A DNA stretch of 64,000 nucleotides from Marsupella aquatica (lineage: Eukaryota; Plantae; Marchantiophyta), in contig OZ316894.1 in NCBI GenBank assembly GCA_973895155.1, positions 2,248,457 through 2,312,456 of the forward strand, written 5' to 3'. Under the pieces are notes generated by a model that ran no database searches, was not told the DNA's origin, and saw nothing but the letters and a program-made list of their open reading frames with translations. Shown in pieces: positions 59,393-64,000 of this stretch. The stretch's first letter is position 1, and the number at the start of each line of letters is the position of its first letter. The translations under genes were made by a program, and so were the position numbers.

Positions 59393-61482
59393 CAAATTAA
59401 TTATAATTTAGTTTTACAATGTGGAGCCAAAGGGGTTCTAACTATGTACATTTCTGTAGATTGGTTTTGTCAAACTTACAAACAATTAAAAAAATAAAAA
59501 CATTTTGATATAAAACACTGATATGTCATTGACAAACATCATAATGATAACTTTATTTTATTAAATGACATCTCTTCCTTTGTATTCTGGTTTTTTAAGC
59601 TTAATACTTACGACATGGCGCTTCAAACTTACGTTGTTTTTTCCACAAACATGAATGTGCGCTTTTGTTACTATCATATTTAGGATCTTTCCTATTTGTG
59701 GCTGGTTGTGTTGATGTGATGCAACCTCGTGGCAGGGAATTTGCCAAGTGCCTCTCATGGGGGTCCGTAATGAGTGCATAACTAAGTTAATACTGATAAT
59801 TTTCCAGGGCAATAGTCATGGAAACAGCAAGGAGCTCCAGAAATTGTTACACACCAATAACCTTTGTTTTGTGCCAAAGTATGATGAAAAGTGAGTACAA
59901 GAGCCTGGAGGGTAGATCTATTGTTGGCCTAGAAAAATGAACATGGCTACCGTCTTCCCCCAAACACAACGCCGAGGTGCTATATTTGAATAGTGGGCCG
60001 GGGGTTTTGCTAAATAATGTTGATCACATCTGGGCAGCTAAAATCACGCAGAGGATTTGGGAAAAAGTGCAATCCACGTCATACACTCACACCATCCTCT
60101 ATAGTGACAAACTGGTGGGACCTGCATGTGCAAGAACATTCCTTACGTTAGCTGCCCAGATGTGATCAAAGTTCCCAACATTTAGACAAGTGCACTTGGG
60201 CCCTTAAGAGTAGGAAACCTGTTCAAAAAGATCTGGATGTGAACCGGGCTTCAGGAGAAAGCAAAGTAATTTTGCATAACATATAGAACTTTGATCACAA
60301 AAACCACTTAGAAACTATACACCAAACCATTAATGCTGGTGCCAGCTGCTCTATAAAGGGCTCAGGTAGTCACTATTCTTGGTCCTTAGGGCTGCTAGTC
60401 AAATTCCTTTTATGTGGTTTACTCCATAGCTCTCTACCTGCTTTTTCAGTTTATTGCCCAGTAGGGCTCTATTTTAGTTCTAGATCAGTGGCCCTTGGAC
60501 TTTTTGACTCTTTGGCCTTCCAGAATTTTTCCTTTGCTTTTTTTCCCTATACCAGGTTTCTTGCCTATGGGATCTTGTTTTGGGTATTCTCTGATTTTTC
60601 CTTTGTCGTTCGCTTTGGGTCCTGTCTCCCGAAATGCCGCCTTTTCTGCTTTTGCAGTTTTCTATATATTAAATATATTTCAAACTGCCAAAATCAAGGC
60701 ATGAGAATGTGCCCAAATGACCCCCTTTGGTTTGTTGCAGTTTTCTATATATGCCTTCATAAGGAGAATGTGGATATGCTGAGAATGTACGCATTTGGTT
60801 TTCCACTTTTTGTCTTAGACTAGCCATTTCTTTGAGAAATAAAGTAGACAGCTATAAGCTCAAACTTGAAAGTGAAGCTCCAATGGACCATGACGCTGGA
60901 AAAACTGTTCCCGCAGTTCAGCGCAACCCCCATAGACCGCTCTAAAAACTGTGAACCTTCTCAGACAACACACATTACACTCCTGTATTACAATGTATGA
61001 CACTTTATTACACTGTATCGCACTGGTCTGGTTTCGGCCACTTTACATATGGCTCTGCTGCATTACACAGAAATGGCATGTGGGTGTACAGGACTGTATT
61101 GATTGTGGACTGCGGCACATTGGAGGCAGAGCATGGAAGCTCGATCCCCTCGTTGCGTCCCGAGTTCCAATTGAGTCCGTGTTCGGGATTGACTGTTGGC
61201 CCCATTTTTGCCGTCCTTCTCGCCATCGACTCTCTCTCCCTCTTTCCCTCTTTCTCCTTTCAGAGCACGACCAAAATGAAGTTCCTTGAAGCTCCCGTCT
61301 CCACACATTAGCCCTCTCTTCTGTTCTCATCTCATCTCTCCACTTCTCTTCTCTTCTTTTCTCTCTTTCTGCGAGGTTCTCGCTTTTTTAACTGGAGTGC
61401 AACAGCTACTGTTGTTGGAGGATTGGAAGCAGAAGGCAGCTGCAAAGTGCAAACCCATTGCGAGCAGGACGGGAGACCAACC

Positions 61483-62586
61483 ATGGCTGAGGAGTTCGCA
61501 GACGGCGAACCATTCACTGGACAGGTTAGTGCCTATGTCACCTGTCGAGTACAGTAGCCGTGATTGATACTGCCCGAAGGCTGGATGGAGTTTAGCTCGA
61601 GTTCGCTATCGTGCCGACGTCTTTCTGGACAGATTTCAGCTGCGATCGGACGATCGTTTTTCCGTTCCGAGGGACGGTTTTCTCGAGATTTGGAGTCGCT
61701 TGTGCTATTGGAGACATTTCTTCCTGTGTTTAGTTGGTGACGACTGAATCCAGTGCCGGTCATTGCTGCGGCATTGGAATGTCTTTATGCGGAATCCTGC
61801 CAACGGCAACTTTGCGCTTATTTGAAATTAGAAATAAGAATCGTTTTAACCTAAATTTTGTATTGTCCAATTTGGTTATGCACACTTAACTGATCTTCCG
61901 CTTCATGATGGAGGATTCTGTGGTTTCAACCTGGGATTGACAATTGTTGTTCCCAAGCGTAGGTTGAGACGTTCCATTCTCAGGTTTCAATAGGGAAAGA
62001 TTTTTCTAGTTAGGTTTCTAATTCTTGGAATGAAGTCTTTTGACGGTGCAGCATACTAGACGTGCATGATAAATGTTTTTCCCTGGAAACTTAGGTTTTG
62101 CTCTTACTTATTGGTTTGATCCATTCCGTTGATTTTCATTCTAAGGAATATGAAAGATCTGCCTGGTTTTTCTGGATTTCGTGTCATTTACTAGTAAGGA
62201 GTCAGATGATTCCAGTTCCCTTATTTGTCTGCAAGTAGGTGACGTATTTGCCAAAGTTGTTTTAATGTTCATATTTTGTCTAAGCAGTTGTTCAACTCGT
62301 AAACGATCTGGTTGCCAAAGCAATTGTGTAAATTGGTTTCTGATGTGTCCTTAGTATGTATCATATGTAGGGTATATTCTCCGCCAAGGTTGAGCAGCAG
62401 GGATTCAACCCAGCGTTGATAGTATTAATGGTGGTACTCGGGACAGTGCTACTATTTGTGATTGGAAATTATGCTTTGTTCACGTATGCAAACAAGACCA
62501 ATCCGCCAAGGAAGAAGAAGCCAGTGTCCAAGAAAAAGTTGAAGCGAGAGAGACTGAAAGCAGGTGTTGCTCCTGCTGGTGACTAG
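61483..62586 (+). CDS. S1FA: S1FA-family small DNA-binding protein, 85 aa; exons 61483-61524 and 62371-62586
   Basis: Exon 2 reads [71 protein letters not shown], matching the S1FA signature G.NP.LIVL...[27 protein letters not shown]. Phase-0 GT-AG intron after [14 protein letters not shown]. Absent from the ORF track; exon 1 is less certain than exon 2. Confidence 0.9.
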
Positions 62587-64000
62587 GATTCTTACTTCTT
62601 TAATCCATTTCCTTACTGGGTGGATGGTTGGTATGACTATTGTTCGACGTGGAATTCAGCAATTTTCTAGGGAAACAAGCTGGCAGTTGAGAGAATTTTT
62701 TCAGATATTTTGCAGCTTTAGTAAGAGCTTGGTGCTTCCTTCCCCAACGACAGTTAACGTTACCTCCGTGTATATGACAAGTTGGGTCCTCGGTATGAAT
62801 GAGCAACAGCAGTGTCTTCTATGTGCAGCCGAATTGGTTGGCTACCAAGATGAATTCCAGATGATTTCTGTTTTGAGACAAGTTAGACTGCATGTAGTTT
62901 TGTTGTTGTGATGTGGGTACGACTGGTTGAGTTTCCCTCGGTGAAGATTTTGGGAGTTCGGTTCCTTTCCACAGTTGTCGAGCTTCTTAGTTTTCCAGTT
63001 AAATGAGCCCTATTTCTCGGGGTGGACTCCTTCACATTGTAGTTTAGTGATGGTGAACAGAAAACGCGTCGACAAAAGGAACCCAGCGTCAGGACTTCAA
63101 ATGTGATGTCGTAAGTTCACATTGTTGCGTACGGATTAGGGGTCTATTGCCCTGCTTGCACCTTGTCTAACCCCCTGGAGTACAGGTTTCGCACAGCGAC
63201 AGTTTCTGCTGTTCTGCCAGTTGCTCATTCCTCTTTAGTGTTTTCGATGATCGGAACTCCTACAAGCAACAGAGGCTACAGTCTCTGACGCATGACAGGC
63301 TCAGGAGAAGTCGATTGCATCAGCAGATATTACATCGCAATCACTGAATAAATTAAAGATATTGGTAGGTCAAATGCATTGGTACTCCATCAAGTGACCA
63401 AAGTTGTAGATTGTAAGTATAAAAAGTGATTTACTGCTATCCTCAGATCCCAACACCAAATTTCCATCATAAGGTGAAAAGATGGTCTTGAACTTTCTGC
63501 AGATTTGATGAAATGACCAATTGAATTATGGTCTGCTCCACCTGCACTTAGAGATGGATTCCAATACTAGAGTGCACGTAGCATCATCTTTATGTTGTAG
63601 ACCTGATGCCAGGAATTTTCCGCCTTAGGGTTGAGTGGAAGAGATCATGGAAAAATGAAACCAGCTCGATCTTTTCGCGCTGGCTTAATTCATCAAGAAA
63701 TACGTCACTCTCCAGGCTCCGATCAACAATTAATTACCACATAGAAGATGCAAAATGACCCGGGACAAGAGTTTGTGATATGTGCTTCAGAAGAGACTTC
63801 GTTCGACTGATCCAAAAAGTATCAGAGCCAATGCTTAGACGTTGCTCTCAAACTGACTATTCCTGATTTAGGACTTGGAACAACTAGTAGCTCCTCCGAT
63901 GGTAGAAAGCTTTGCCCTCACATCCGGCGTCCTAAGGGATTAGGGTCCTAATTTGAGGCTGGATGTGGGTGATTATTTTTTCGAGGGAGCTCAGAAGGAC

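Noticed and set aside
62564-62911. 115-aa ORF from the track
   Set aside because: It overlaps the S1FA stop and 3' UTR in another frame, has a non-ATG start and shows no motif.

Overview
Land-plant nuclear DNA; a bryophyte-like host is an inference only. The centre of the window is a three-level transposon nest whose boundaries can be read to the base. A PIF/Harbinger (Pong-type) element spans 7199-44285 (TGA target duplication). A CACTA/En-Spm element spans 7263-40255 inside it (CGG duplication). A Ty3/Gypsy LTR retrotransposon spans 23007-38548 inside that (GGACA duplication). Two features are unusual. (1) The retrotransposon has 4,660-bp LTRs, each carrying a ~1,207-codon gene for a plant-mobile-domain-like plus coiled-coil protein, and it has a second copy of its PPT almost exactly at its centre. 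(2) Upstream of and co-oriented with its transposase, the CACTA element carries an EDM2-type extended PHD module, a twin BRCT gene resembling the DNA polymerase lambda BRCT, and another Cys/His-rich ORF. Host genes are a ~2,770-aa SEN1/senataxin-like helicase (minus strand, one coding intron), a two-exon S1FA gene missed by the ORF track, and two duplicated F-box-only ORFs at the left. All domain assignments come from reading motifs by eye; no database searches were run.
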